Assembly (NCBI GenBank): GCA_002104905.1
Contig: MCFE01000300.1
Location: 1 to 64,000 of the forward strand
From: Basidiobolus meristosporus CBS 931.73
Taxonomy: Eukaryota; Fungi; Basidiobolomycota
Direction: 5' to 3'
Length of the DNA stretch: 64,000 bases
Every line of letters begins with the position of its first letter. Position 1 is the stretch's first letter. Position numbers and translations under genes: made by a program. This document shows positions 33,058 through 46,429 of this stretch, in pieces. The notes beneath the pieces were generated by a model that was not told where the DNA came from, did not search any database, and saw only the letters and a program-made list of their open reading frames with translations.

Positions 33058-36000
33058 GTGACTAAGCTAGGTGAATATTGAGGTGGAATTACAATTTTTT
33101 ACAACACTCCCACTCAGCTAAATGCTCATACTAACTAGTCCTAATTTTGACCTAAGATATTCAAACTTGTCTCGAGCCAATGGTTTGGTAAATATGTCTG
33201 CAATCATTTCTTCTTAAGGACAGTAAGCTAAGCTAACCAAGTTATTCTGTATAGCTTCATGTATGAAATGATGTCTAATATCTATGTGCTTAGTTCTAGC
33301 ATGAAAAGTTTGATTTCTACCCAATTGTATATACCCTTGATTATCTTGAAATAGAGTAAAAGGCGTTTTTTGACATAGGCCTAAATCTGTAAGAAGCTTT
33401 CTTAACCACATTGCTTCTTTTGTAACTCAAAAAGCTGCCAAATACTCTGCCTCTGTGATAGAAAGCTCTATAGTTGGTTGCATTCTGAATTCCATAAAAT
33501 TGCTCCTTGACAGTAAAGAAAGATGTATTCTGTGGTGGATCTTCTGTCTTCCAAATTTTGTCCCCAATCAGCATCAGAGTATCCCACAAGATCCTGTTCT
33601 GAGTCCTTATAAGTGTATCTTAAGCAGATATCAGCAGTTCCTTTTAGGTATCTAAAAACTGGCTTAACTGCTGCAATATGATCAGATCTATAATTCTGAT
33701 TATGTTGGCTGACAACTCCCACTGAATATGAGATATCTGGATGTGTTCCAAGCATGATTTATATCAGACTGCCAATCATAGATTGATAAGGAAAGTCAGG
33801 GCTTTCAGATGGCACCAAGCTCTCTTGATTTGGTTGAGTTTTGACCAAGTTAAGGTTTGTCTCCTTTGGGGTAGCTGCCAGTTTACAGTCTACCATTTGG
33901 TACTTCATTAGTAAATCTTGAATATACTTGGATTGGCTTAGCATATTAGTCTGGGTACTTCTGTCTATGGAGAACTTTACCCTAAGTAGTAACTGAGTTC
34001 TCCTAGATTGGATATCTTGAGCTCTTTAGATAGGCTGGATTTAGTCTCTTCCAATGCTGCTAGGTTATTGGTGGCTATAATAAGATCATCCACATATATA
34101 GCTAATAGAACTGGATTTGCTCTATCTGGCTTATAATATATATACTATAGTCAACATTACCCCTATTGAAACTCAAGGATTCCAAATAAGAATATATGTT
34201 GCAATTCCAGGCTCTTGGTGATTGTTTGAGACCATAGAGAGATTTCTTAAGCTTGCAGACCAAATGGGGGTTATCTTGGTCAGCAAACCCATCAGGCTGG
34301 TCCACATACAAGGCCTCATCAAGTTCTTCATTCAAAAATGCAGTTTTACATCCATTTGATGTATAAAAAACGTATATTTGGCTGCAATAGCCAATATTAA
34401 TCTGATGGAATTAAACTTTGCTACCAGTGCAAAGGTCTCAGTATAGTCAAGTCCTTTTGTTTGAGAGTATCCTTTGACCACAAGTCTTGCTTGGAATCTT
34501 TCTATTGTTCCATCATCCTACATTTTGTCTCAAAGACCCATCTGCATTCAATTGATATTTGGTTGATTGGTAATTTGACCAAGTCCCTAGTTTGATTTTC
34601 CATTAGGGCCTGATATTCCTCAGTCATTGCAGATCTCCAAAACTTAGTCCAAGGCCTATTTAGGTCTGTATCCATATCATGCTTCAAATGGAGTAGAATC
34701 ACAAAGTATTCTGTTCTAACTCCTATTTTCAAGGTATACAGCTGTGGCAACTGATTTTGCCTAAAAATCATAGGATAATTTTTGATCATGGATCACAAAT
34801 CTTACCATATCAATTATTGATCAGTTTGCACATTCTGCTACTCCATTTTGCTGTGGGGAGTATGATACAGTAGTCTCTTGCTTTATCCCATGAATTTTGC
34901 AGAAGTGGACAATGAGTTTTGAGGTATATTCTCCACCATTATCAGAGCATATTTTCTAAATTTTTTGACCAGTTTCACTCTCCACCATGGCTTTAAACTC
35001 CCTGAACTTAGACAGTGCTTCTTCCTTTCTCTCCATGAAGTAGACCCACATGTATCTTGTATACTCATCAACAAAAGTGATTAAATAACTCATCCCACCT
35101 AAGGATAAATTTTGCATAGGTCCACACAGATCTGAGTGAATTAGATCTAATTTTTTCTTAGTTATGATTAACCCAGAGCTCTTGAGCAGTTGTCTGGCTT
35201 GTTTCCCATATATGTGGGCTTCACAATACTCTAAATTAGCTGGGGGATCAAATTTTACTCTGGAAATTAGCTGATCTTTGATCATTTTGCGCAAATAATC
35301 AAAATTGATGTGCCCCAATCTCCTGTGCCAGAGCATTGGTGTTTCTTCTTATAAGTTACTGATATTGGCTTCCAGATATGATGGAATATAAGCCCACTTG
35401 TACAGATTCCAATCTCTGATACCCAAAGCAATATAGGCATCATATTGATCAGTGATCCTGCATCCAGAATTGTCAAATCTGAAGCTGAGTCCTTCTAATG
35501 TGGCCTTGCTTGCAGATAGCAGGTTCTTGGCTATTTCTGATACATAGAGCACTTCATCAAAGGTCAGTATATGGCTTCCTTCACTGCCACTATGGTTTAC
35601 TTGGATAGTTCCTTCTCCCACTGCATCAAGTGTTGTATTGTCACCCATGAAAACCTTCTTGGTTGAAATTTCTTGATGTTGTATAAAAAGTTCTCTTTGG
35701 TGTGTAAAGTGATGAGATGCTCCATTGTCAATATGCCACATCTGAGAATCTTTGTTTGTGGTCATGTTTAGTGCAGATATGACTAGTCTATCTTCAGTTG
35801 TTGCAGCATTTCCATATTCAGGCTTCCTTTGCTGATTATCTCTCTTTTTGCAACACCAGTCTGATGTGTATCCTGTTGTAAGAGTCTTGGAGATATTGGA
35901 AGTGATTGGGAGAACAAGTAGATTATGTGGTTTTCACTTAATGATTTATTGAATGTAAAAGTGGTATTTATACTTTTACCTGGTCTTGGCATTACAAACA

Positions 36001-37298
36001 TGTAGAATAGGTTAAGGAAGGTCCCAAGAACATGTGTGCAAAGTTTGGGGCTGTTTGGACAACTTATCTAATTTTCATGTTCTGGGTACCTGGTATTTTG
36101 GTGAAAATATTCTAAGTAAATCCCGACAAGGAATTTGGTCAGTATTCTCTAGGATTTGAAGGTGATGATCTAGGTGACTAAGTTAGGTGAATATTTAGGT
36201 GGAAATACGAATTTTTACAACATATCCTTTCCTTTTGCAGTAGTTGCAAAACAGGTTGCTGTTGCCTTTGTAAGGTCTTGGGTACCTCCTTTGTTAGTTA
36301 TCATTGGTTATTTAAGCATCTTCTTCTTCCTTCTTATTGGCACTTGATTTTCTTAATTTTTCATCCAGGAGCCTTCCATATATGCAATAGAAGTTCAAAT
36401 CTTCAGTTCTGGACTCTAGGGCTGATACAAAGCCCTGAAACCTGTCTGTCAGGCTATGCAGGATAGTTACTATCACATTGTCATCAGTAGTTGGTACACC
36501 CACAGATTACATCTCATCTACCAGCAGGGTAATTCTGTTGATTAGATTTTCATTTCCTCTCCTGGCAGCATCTTTTTAGAAAAGAGTTTTTGTCTCAGAT
36601 ACATTTTCTTAGCAGCTGAACATGACTGGTGGGTGTCTTCTAATGCCATCCTGGCATTCTTTGCCATTTTGCTCTTGAGCATTGAATTAGCAATTTGTCT
36701 TTAACATTAAGGCAAATGCCGTCAAAGGCCCTTTGTTCTTTCCTTTGGTACTCTAAGGCTTTCTCTGCCACATTTTTAGGATAGAATTCATCTCCCATGA
36801 CAACATATCAAGGGCTCTTTTTTGTAGCAGCCTCCTTATCTTCACCTTCCACGCTTGGTAGTTAGATCCATCAAATTTTGCAGCAGAGGGAAATATTCCA
36901 GTAATAGCAGTAGTAGACATCACAGAGAGTGACAGCTTGGGGCTCATAACCTGTTGTAAGAGTCTTGGAGATATCTGAAGGGATAAGGAGGAGAAGTAAT
37001 TTATGTGGTTATCACTTAATGATTTATTGATTTTAAAAGTAGTATTTACACTTTGACATGGTCTTGGCATTGAAAACATATAGAATAGGTTAAGGAAGGC
37101 CCAAGAACATGTGTGCAAGGTTTGGAGCTGTTTGGATAACTTTGGGAATCTTCATGTTCTTGGCACCTGGTATTTTGGTGAAAATATTCTCAGTAAATCC
37201 TAACAAAGAACTTGGTGAGTATTATCTAGGATCTGAGGGTAATGATCTAAGTGACTAAGTTAGGAGAATATTTAGGTGGAATTACAAACTTTACAATA
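33058..37298 (-). mobile_element. Ty1/copia LTR retrotransposon, family A copy 1 (decayed, near full length, internal deletion)
   Basis: 5' LTR 36952-37298; PBS GGTTATGAGCCC; gag (FDGSNYQAWKVKI, CCHC knuckle); protease (WHIDNGASHHFT); LWHRRLGH; integrase (LIHSDLCGP, TFVDEYTRY); RT ([25 protein letters not shown]); RNase H (LVGYSDADWG, ARTKHIDIRHHFI); PPT GAGTGGGAG, then TGTTG at 33106. Confidence 0.93.
35874..36222 (-). mobile_element. Solo family A LTR (349 bp) inserted in the gag zinc knuckle of A1
   Basis: TGTTG...CAACA termini flanked by a perfect 5-bp TSD TATCC (35869-35873 and 36223-36227). The host sequence resumes colinearly with the intact knuckle seen at ~44110-44165. Confidence 0.92.
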
Positions 37299-40200
37299 GT
37301 AAATACTATAGTCAACATCAGTTCTTTTGAAACACAAATATTCCAAACAAGAATCTATTTGCAATTCCAGGCTCCTGGTGATTATTTGAGTCCATCTAGA
37401 GATTTTTTCAGCTTTCAGGCCAAGTGGGAGTTATCTTAGTCAGCAAACCCATCAGGCTGGTTCATATACATATCCTTTTCAAGTTCTCCATTTAAAAATG
37501 CAGTTTTTACATCCGGTTTGTGTATAAAAAATTTTATATGGCTGCAATAGCCAATATTAATATGATGGAATTAAACTTGGCTACTGGTGCAAAGATCTCA
37601 GTATAGTCAAGTACTTTTATTTGAGAGTATCCTTTGGCCACCAGTCTTACTTTGTATCTTACAATTCCACCATCAGCCTTGTATTTCTTCTCAAAGACTC
37701 ATCTGCATCCAATTGATTTCTGAGTGATTGGTAATTTGACCAAGTACCAATTTTGATTTTCCATTAGGGCCTGGTATTCCTCAATCATTGAAGATCTCAA
37801 AAACTTTGTCTGAGGGCTATTAAGGGCCTCTTTCACAGTCTTGGGCTCATTGATATAGACTGAATAGGCACAGGCTAAGTTTGTACCCACGTTGATTTGA
37901 TAATTTGGGCTATTTCTTGTCCAGTTGAATCTCCAGGCATATGATACCAGAATGCTCACTTCTGGGATATTCCTGGCACTGCTACAGGCTGAAAAACAGT
38001 TGTAGAGTTCTCTGGAGGGAAAAATATCTCATTGTTTTGCGATAATTCAATCCTGACATTTGGTGGACTTGAGATCAGCTGTTCATCATCCTCTGATGTC
38101 AGTTTTTGTGAGAAATTTGAGTATCAGTCAGACTACACAGCCATGGACCTGATCAGCTTTTTTGCTATTGTATTGTAGAATCTATATGCTTTACTCTCAT
38201 TGCAGTAGCCAAAAAATATGCATTTTACCCTTTTTGGCCCATATTTTGACTGATTCCTGGGCAGTTTCTTGGCATATGCTGTACGCCCAAATATTTTTAG
38301 ATGTTCTGCACTTGGACAGTATCCATATCATGTTGCAAATGGAGAAGAACCACAAAGTATTCTGTAATAACTCCTATTTTTTAGGTATACAGCTGTGGTC
38401 ACTGATCCTGCTTAAAAATCATAGGGTAATTTTTGGTCATGGATCACTTATCTTGCCATATCAACTAATGTTCTGCTTGCACATTCTCCTACTTCATTTT
38501 GCTGTGGGAAGTATGGTAGAGTAGTCTCTTGCTTTATCCCATAAATTTTGCATAAGTGGATAAAGAGTTTTGGGATATATTCTCCACCATTGTCACAGCG
38601 TATTTTCTTGATTTTTTCATCAGCTTTTCTATCTACCATGTTTTTAAGCTCCCTAAGACTGGACAGAGCCTCTACCTTTCTCTCCATGGGGTAGACCCAT
38701 ATGTATCTTGTATAATCATCAATAAAAGTGATTAAATACTTCATCCTGCCTATGAATAAATCTGGAATAGGTCTACACAGATCTGAGTGAATTGAACTTA
38801 TTTTTTCTTAGCTTTGATTAACCCAGGGCTCTTGAATGGTGTTCTGGCTCTTTCCCATATATGCAGGCTTCACAGATCTCTGAATTAGCTGGGGGAGCAA
38901 TATTCACTCCAGAAATTTGCTGATTTTGATCATTTTGGGTAAATAATCAAAATTGATGTGCCCAAATCTCCTGTGCCAAGGTATTGGTGTTTTTTTACTC
39001 AAGTCACTTATAATGGCTTCCAGATATGCCAGAATATAGATCAACTAATACAGATTTTGATCTATGATATATAAGCAATATGAGTACAATTGTAATCAGT
39101 GATCCTGCATGCAGAATTGTCAAAGCTGAAACTGAGTCCTTCTGTTGTGGCCTTGCTATTGTCACCTATGAAAACCTTCTGAACTGGAATTTCTTGATAT
39201 GTGGTAAAAATTTCTTTTTGGTGTGTAAAGTGCTGATGCTCCGGAATCAATGTACCACATCTGAGAACGCTTGTTTGTGGTCATATTTAGTGCTGATATG
39301 AATAGTCTATCTTCAATTATTGCAGCATTTTCATATTCAGGCCTTTTCTGCTGACAATATCTTTTTTTCCAGCACCATTCTGATGTGTCCCTTCCTTTTG
39401 CAGTAGTTGCAAAACAGGTTGCTATTGCCTTTAAAAGGTCTTAGTTATATCTGTTGCTGGTTATCACTGCTTACTAAAGCATTTTCTTCTTCCTTCTTAT
39501 TAGCGCTTGATTATCTTAATACTTCATCCAGGAGCCTTTCATATACATAAAATAAGGTCAAATATTCAGTTTTGCACTCAAGTGCAGATGTAAGGCCCTG
39601 AAACTTGTCTGTCAGACTATTCAGAATGGTTACTATCACATCCGCATTGGTAGTTGGTGTGCCTAAAGATTCCATCTCATCCACCAGCAGGGCAATTCTA
39701 TTAATTAGATTTTTCATTTCTTCTCCTGGCAGCATCCTTGTAGTAAAGATTTTTTGTCTGAGATACATTTTCTTAGCAGCTGAACATTGTTGTAAGAATT
39801 AAGTTGTCACCAGAGTAATCATGCCAACTTAGTCACACAGATCTACTCTTTGATTAGTGTTCAGTCCTGACCAAATTTCCTGTTAGGATTACATAGAATA
39901 TTTTCATCAAATTATCAGGTACCCAATTTATGATCTTTCTTAAAGTTGTCCAAAAGCCCCCAAACTTTGCACACAAATTCTTGGGACCTTCCTTAACAAA
40001 ATCTAGACATATGTTTTCCTACTTTATCAAAAGTATAAATACCCATACTTTTCATTAATAAATCTACAAGTAAATAACTTGTTAAACCTCTAGTTCTCCA
40101 CATCACTGCAAGTACTCCTCAGAATATTACTACAAAATGAATGATAGGTGTATTCTACTGCCTTCCAGGCATTCTTTGCTGTTTTTATTTGTGAGCATTG

Positions 40201-40815
40201 AATTAGCAATTTGTCTTTGCCATTGAGGTAAATACAGTTAAAGGCACTTTGTTCTTTCTTCTAGTACTCTAATTACTCCTTTCCCACATCTTTAGGAGGG
40301 TGTTACCATCCCATAACAATTTCCAAAAGGCCTTTTTCTTGTAGCAGCATCTTCATCTTCACCTTCCACACTTGGTAGTTATATCCATACAACTTTTCAG
40401 CAGAGGGAAAATTTCCAGTATTTGCAATAGTCAATATTGCAAAGAGTGATAGCTAGGGGTGCATAATCTGTTGTCAGAGTCTTGGAGATATTGGAAATGA
40501 TTGGGTGAGCAAGTAGATAATGTGGTTTTCAATTGATGATTTATTGCATGTAAAAGTAGAGTTTGTACTTTTACATGGTCTTGGCAAAACAAGCACATAA
40601 AATATGCATAGGAAGGTCCCAAAATCATGTGTGCAAAGTTTGGGGCTGTTTGAGCAACTTTGAGAATTTTCATGTTTTGGGTACCTGATATTTTGGTGAA
40701 ATATTCTAGAAAAATCCTGACACAGATTTTGGTGAGTGTTCTCTGAGATTTGAAGATAATGATCTAAGTGACTGAGTTAGGTAAAATTTAGGCAGATTTA
40801 CATATTTTTACAACA
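37299..40815 (-). mobile_element. Ty1/copia family A copy 2 (5' LTR 40469-40815, gag-PR-INT, truncated within RT by the 5' LTR of A1)
   Basis: ORF fragments YLRQKIFTTRMLPGEEMKNLINRI, YLITFIDDYTRYIWVY and KIRCDNGGEY. The RT fragment ends abruptly at 37299. Confidence 0.88.
39788..40135 (+). mobile_element. Diverged solo family A-related LTR inserted in opposite orientation into the gag of A2
   Basis: Starts TGTTGTAAG and contains the conserved core AAAGTTGTCCAAA..CCCCAAACTTTGCACACA. Host gag resumes at ~40136; the right TSD is eroded. Confidence 0.75.
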
Positions 40816-41399
40816 AAATATGCTAGACCTGGGTAGTTACTAGAATGTGATTGCTGAATTCTTAATTTTGCTGAGGCACAATCCTAATTTTGTTGAGATG
40901 CACACTAAACCAAAAGGTTTACTAACCTGTATTTATACTTCTCTGTGCAAGTGGAATTAATAAGCACCAAGTGACTGAGCTAATTGAAATTAGTTTGGAT
41001 GTTGATAGTCACATAAGATAGATGGAAATTGCATCATCAGCCAGCTGATGCTTTCACAACTGCTGAGTGGTTAGACAGATTTCAGATGACTAATCACTTG
41101 GAAAGGCTTAGTTGATCAGTGGAGGACATAATGACCATATGAAAATTGATCAGTTATGACAGCTAAAAATAAGTTCTGGGAAGTGATAAAATGAACCATA
41201 AAAAGGATACGTTATGGGTGGGTGAGGGAAAATTAGTTAGGGTACTAGACTCTCTAGAGTAAAATAGGTTAGGTTTTAAATGATGATGCACAACAGTGTT
41301 CCTCTGCTGTTACTTTGGGAAATGGCTAAATTCTTGGCTGTGATATTGAGCTACTTGAATTCCTTCTTTGCAGCATAAATACTGCATTTTCTACCTAGG

Positions 41400-42330
41400 T
41401 TATTGATTGCTCTACATATGTTATCTACTCATTCATGTACTAGACTATTTCCTGACTTCTCTGGGCATTTGCTTCTATCCAAAAAGCCACTGTACCTAAT
41501 TACCTGCTTAATACTTTGGTATGAGCTGACAATATACTGGCTGAAATGGGCCAAGGTGATGTTACAGAAGTGAGTCAGACCAAAGGGAGGATAGTGTTAC
41601 ATATAGATCTATATATGGTGACACTGCTTTGTTTAAAATGCTTAATATGGCAGGTCATCATGGAATCTTACAGTCATGCAGCTGCAATGTTTCAAATACA
41701 AGACTGTCTTGAATTTGCGTGCACATCAACAATAAAGTGACATAATAACATTATATTTGAGTGTCTACACTGCAAGAGAAAAGAAAAAGACCATGTGGCT
41801 ATTTTCACAAGCCTCTCAGCCATGTGGCACACAGACAGCATAGGAAGTACTATAAGGATCACAGATAGTATTATGCACACAAGTCATATTCAACCATTCA
41901 TTGGTAACTTCAGTACCAACAATATTTTGCAAGCCACTTGATACTGCTGTAACACTGCCTAGCTGTACTTGTCACCTTGTGCAAACTGAGTCTAGAGAGT
42001 TTGTGATGCCTTTGGGCTCACCTCAGCCTTTGGAGTATAGCATGTAGAGTGATAGCTCAGAAGAAAAAGGCTTGCTGATGGATTGTGAGTCTATCTCCCT
42101 TAACATCAGTACCCTGCATGAGCCTGGCAAAATCCCAATATTCAAGGAGACAACACCCATAGAGAAAAAAAGCCAAGGATACTTTATCAAGCAAGGTGAA
42201 CCCAGCAACCCATTTACTGGAAAATGATGCAATGTTGAGGCTAGAGGAGCGCATGCATCCACTAATATGAGTAATGGGGGCTTTGAGGATTTACAACTAC
42301 TTCTTGCCAAATAATTCCAGGATGCAACTT
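41400..42330 (+). repeat. Unclassified repeat; left part homologous to ~45240-46130, right part to ~32345-32600
   Basis: Shared blocks GCCACTGTACCTAAT, GCTGACAATATAC and GAGTCAG.CAA..AGGGA..ATAGTG.TACAT.TAG. Confidence 0.6.
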
Positions 42331-42344
42331 ACCATTTACATACG

Positions 42345-45211
42345 CTTACAATCAAATAAAAAAGTTCCAAGTTTAACTACCATTCAGGGTCTGATATTCT
42401 CAGTCATTAAAGATCTCCAAAACTTTGTCTGAGATCTATTAAAGGCCTCTTTTATAGTCTGGGGCTCATCAATATGTACTGAATAGACATAGGCTAAGTT
42501 TGTACCCTCATTGATAGTAAATTGGGCTATTTCTTGTCCATTTGTATTACCTGGCATTTGATAATTGAATAAGCACATCAGGGATATTCCTGGGCACTGC
42601 TTCTGGCTGAACCACAGCTTTATAGTCTTTTGGAGTGAAAAATATTTAATGTTTTGCTCTAATTCAATCCTGGCATCTGGTGGACTTGAGATCAAATTTT
42701 TGTCATCATTTGATGTTATTTATGTGAAAATTTTGAATATTTATCAGACTAAACAGCCCTGCATCTGATCAGCTTCTTTGTTTTTGTATTGTAAAGTCTG
42801 TATGCTTTATTCTCATTGCTGTAGCATAAAAACATGCATTTTTCACTTTTTGGCCCATATTTTGACTGATATCTAGGCTGTATTTTAACATATGCTCTGC
42901 ACCCAAATATTCTTAGATGTTCTGCACTTGGTTTGTATACATACCATTCTTCATATGAGGGGGATTCAGACAGTATTCTGTTATGACTCCTATTTTTAAG
43001 GTAGACAGCTGTGGCAACTGATTCCTCCCAAAATCATAGGATAAATTTTGATCTTGGATAATAGATCTTGCCATATCAACTATTTGTCTGTTTGCATGTT
43101 TTGCTAACCCATTTTGCTGTGGAGAGTATGGTAGAGTAGTCTCTTGCTTTATCCAATGAACTTTGCAGAAGTAGATGAAGAGTTTTAAGGTATATTGTCA
43201 ACCATTGTCCAAGTGTATTTTCTTGATTTCTTCACCTGTATTTCTCTTCACCATAGCTTTAAACTCCCTGAGCTTACATGGAGGATCATCCTTTCTCTCC
43301 ATCAAGTAGACCCACTTGTTTCTTGTATAATTATCAATAAAAGTGGTTAAATACTTCATCTAGCTTACAGATATATCTTGCATAGATCCACAAAGATCTG
43401 AGTGAATTAGATCTATTTTTTTCTTAGTTATGATTATCCCAGTGCTCTTGAGTGGTTGCCTGGCTTGTTTCTCATATATACAGGTGTCACAGTACTCCAC
43501 GTCAGTAGGGTCATCAATACTTTTTCAGGAAGTTAGCTGATCTTTGATCATTTTTCCCAAATAATCAAAAATGATATCTCCAGATCTCCATGCCAAAGCA
43601 TTGCTTTTTCTTCACTTAAATACCTTAAGTTGGCTTCCAGGTATAATGGAACATAAGTCAACTTGCATTGATTCTGATCTCTGATTCCCAAAGCAATATG
43701 GTACCATTTTGATCAGTGATTCAGCATCCAGAATTGATAAAGCTGAAACTGCATCCTTCTGCTGTGGCCTTGCTTACAGATAGTAGGTTCATGGCTATTT
43801 CTGGTACATGGAGTGCTTCTTTAATGGTAAGGGTGTGGCTTCCTTCACTGCTGATTAAGATCTACCTGCATAGTTCCTTCTCCCACTGCATCAAGTGTGC
43901 TATTATAACCCATGAAAACATTGTTAATTGGAATTTCTTAATATTGGGTAAAAAGTACTTTTTGGTGTGTAAAGTATTGAGATGCTGCAGAGTCAGCATG
44001 TTAAATGATCTGAGAATCCTTCTTTTATGGCTGTATTTGGTGCAGATATGAAAAGGCTATCCTCTGTTGTTGCAGCATTTCCAAATTCATGCTTCCTTTG
44101 CTTATTATCTCTCTTTTTCAAGAAACCATCTGATGTATGTCCTTTTCTTTTGCAGTAGTTGCAAAAAAGATTGCTGTTGCCTTTGAAGGACCTTGAGTAC
44201 CTCCTTTATTGGCTAACATTGCATATTAAATCATTGGCTTCTTCCTTCTTATTGGCACTTGATTCTTTGATTCTTCATATAGGAGCCTTCTGTATGCAAA
44301 ATTTAAGGTCAGATCTTCAGTTCTGGACTATAGGGCTGATATAAGGCCTGAATCTTGCCTGTCATGCTATTCAAGATGGTTGCTATCCCATCCTCATCAG
44401 TAAGTAGTAGCCCCAAAGATTCCATTTCATCCACCAGCTGGGTAGTTCTGTTAATCAGATTTTAGTTTCTGTCTCCTGGCAGCATCTTTGTAGTAAGAGT
44501 TTTTGTCTGAGATACACTTTCTTAGCAGTTGAATATGATTGGCATATGTCTTCCAATGCTTTTCAGGCATTATTTGTGGCTCTTGACCTTCAGCATTGTA
44601 TTAGTAATTTGTCTTTGACATTAAGGCAAATGCAGTTAAAAGCACATTGTTCTTTCTTCCAGTACATTAAGGCTTCCACTCTGGCATTTTTGGGAGGGTA
44701 TTCTTCTCCTATGAGAATATCCTAAAGGCCTCTTTCTTGTAGCAGCATCTTCATCTTCACCTTTCACACTTGGTAATTAGATCTATCCAACTTTTCAGCA
44801 GAGGGAAAAATCCAGTGATAGCAGTAGTAGACATTACAGAGAGTGATAGCTCAGAGCTTGTAACCTGTGTAAGAGCCTTGGAGATATTGGAAGTGATTGG
44901 GAGAACAGGCAGATAATGCAGTCTTCACTCAATGATTATTAAACATAAAAGTAGTATTTATACTTTTATATGTGCTTGACATAACAAGCACATATTATAG
45001 GTTTGGAAAGGTCCTAAGAACATGTGTACAAAGTTTGGGGCTGTTTGGACAACATATCTAATATGCATGTTGTGGGTACTTGATAATGTGGTGAGATATT
45101 CTAGGCAGGTCCCAACTAGGAATTTGGTCAGTATTCTCTGGGATTTGAAGGTAATAATCTAAGTGACTATGTTAGGTAATTATTTAGGTGGATTTACAAG
45201 TCTTTACACCA
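42345..45211 (-). mobile_element. Ty1/copia family A copy 3 (5' LTR 44866-45211, gag-PR-INT, truncated at the start of RT)
   Basis: LTR homologous to the other A LTRs, degenerate PBS, and gag/protease/integrase colinear with A1 and A2. Confidence 0.87.
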
Positions 45212-46429
45212 TTCTGTATCTGTGACAATGACTGCTCTTCACACATATTTCACTCATCCTGTCTTAGGGCTGTTTCCTCAGTTTTCTGGGACATTGCATC
45301 TATATCATTAGCCACTGTACCTAATAGCCTCAGCAATGCTTCAGAATAGCTGACAATATACCTGCAAGTGCTGCTGGTGTTATTTTATGACAGTCATTTC
45401 CTAGTCATCAATCAGAAGTAATGCATTTGCTAATATCTCATCTGCTTTATCACTACAGGCTGCTTGCAGCTAAGAAGAGGTTATCAGTCATCTACAGCAC
45501 TATGAGCCTGAGGAGTCTGTATCAGTAACTTTGGTAGGCACACTGTCAACATGGTCTTTTTGAATGTAGTTTGGCTTGTTGCATTGACTGTCAAAGTAAG
45601 CAGTTATCCAACTGGTTCCTCTGTCGCTGTCTACAGTTGGGTTGATTGGGAATCATCACAGCTTTACTTTATTTTTTAACAGAATAAAAATGAAAGAGAG
45701 TCAGGCAATAAGGGATATAGTGCTACATGTAGTGCACAAGTGGTGCCACGACCTGACTGAAAGTGCTCACTTTGATGGGTTATTATATGCCATTATACTC
45801 ATGTTGGGACAATGACTCATATACCAGACTGTTGGAAACCAACATTAGTCTTCAGAAATAAGCAATATAATGGTATAGCATTGCTGAGAATCAAGCTGCT
45901 TGCCACATGGACAAGACTGCTCTGACTCAACATTGTAAGAGAAGCAAAGTAAATATATGGCAATTTGTAATAAGACTCTCAGTCATAAAGCACACATATA
46001 GCAAAGGGAGGATTATCAAGACAACCATCAGTGTTTACCATATTTTCAGTAATTTACCACTCATTAGTCACTAACGTACCAAGAATATCTAGCTATTGCC
46101 AACAGTGCTCTTCAACCTTAATCTGGTGCCAATCTCACGGCTTAAGAGCAGAGATCTGCTAGTAGTCTCACTGATACCTGTATCTAAATAAGCACCCATC
46201 CTCTATAGCTACCTGTACCAATTTCTAGAAGAGCTTAGTATGCAATCTGGCAGGATACTGCTAAATGGTTATCATGCCTAAAGGCATGTATTATATGCAT
46301 TTGAGATATTCATGCTATGAGCATCATATCCAGCTTTTTCTGGCCACAATAGAAGGCACTTCTGTTGAACTCAAAATACCACAGAAGCCATCAAGATTAA
46401 CAGTTACTATGACACAGCTATGTTTGGGG

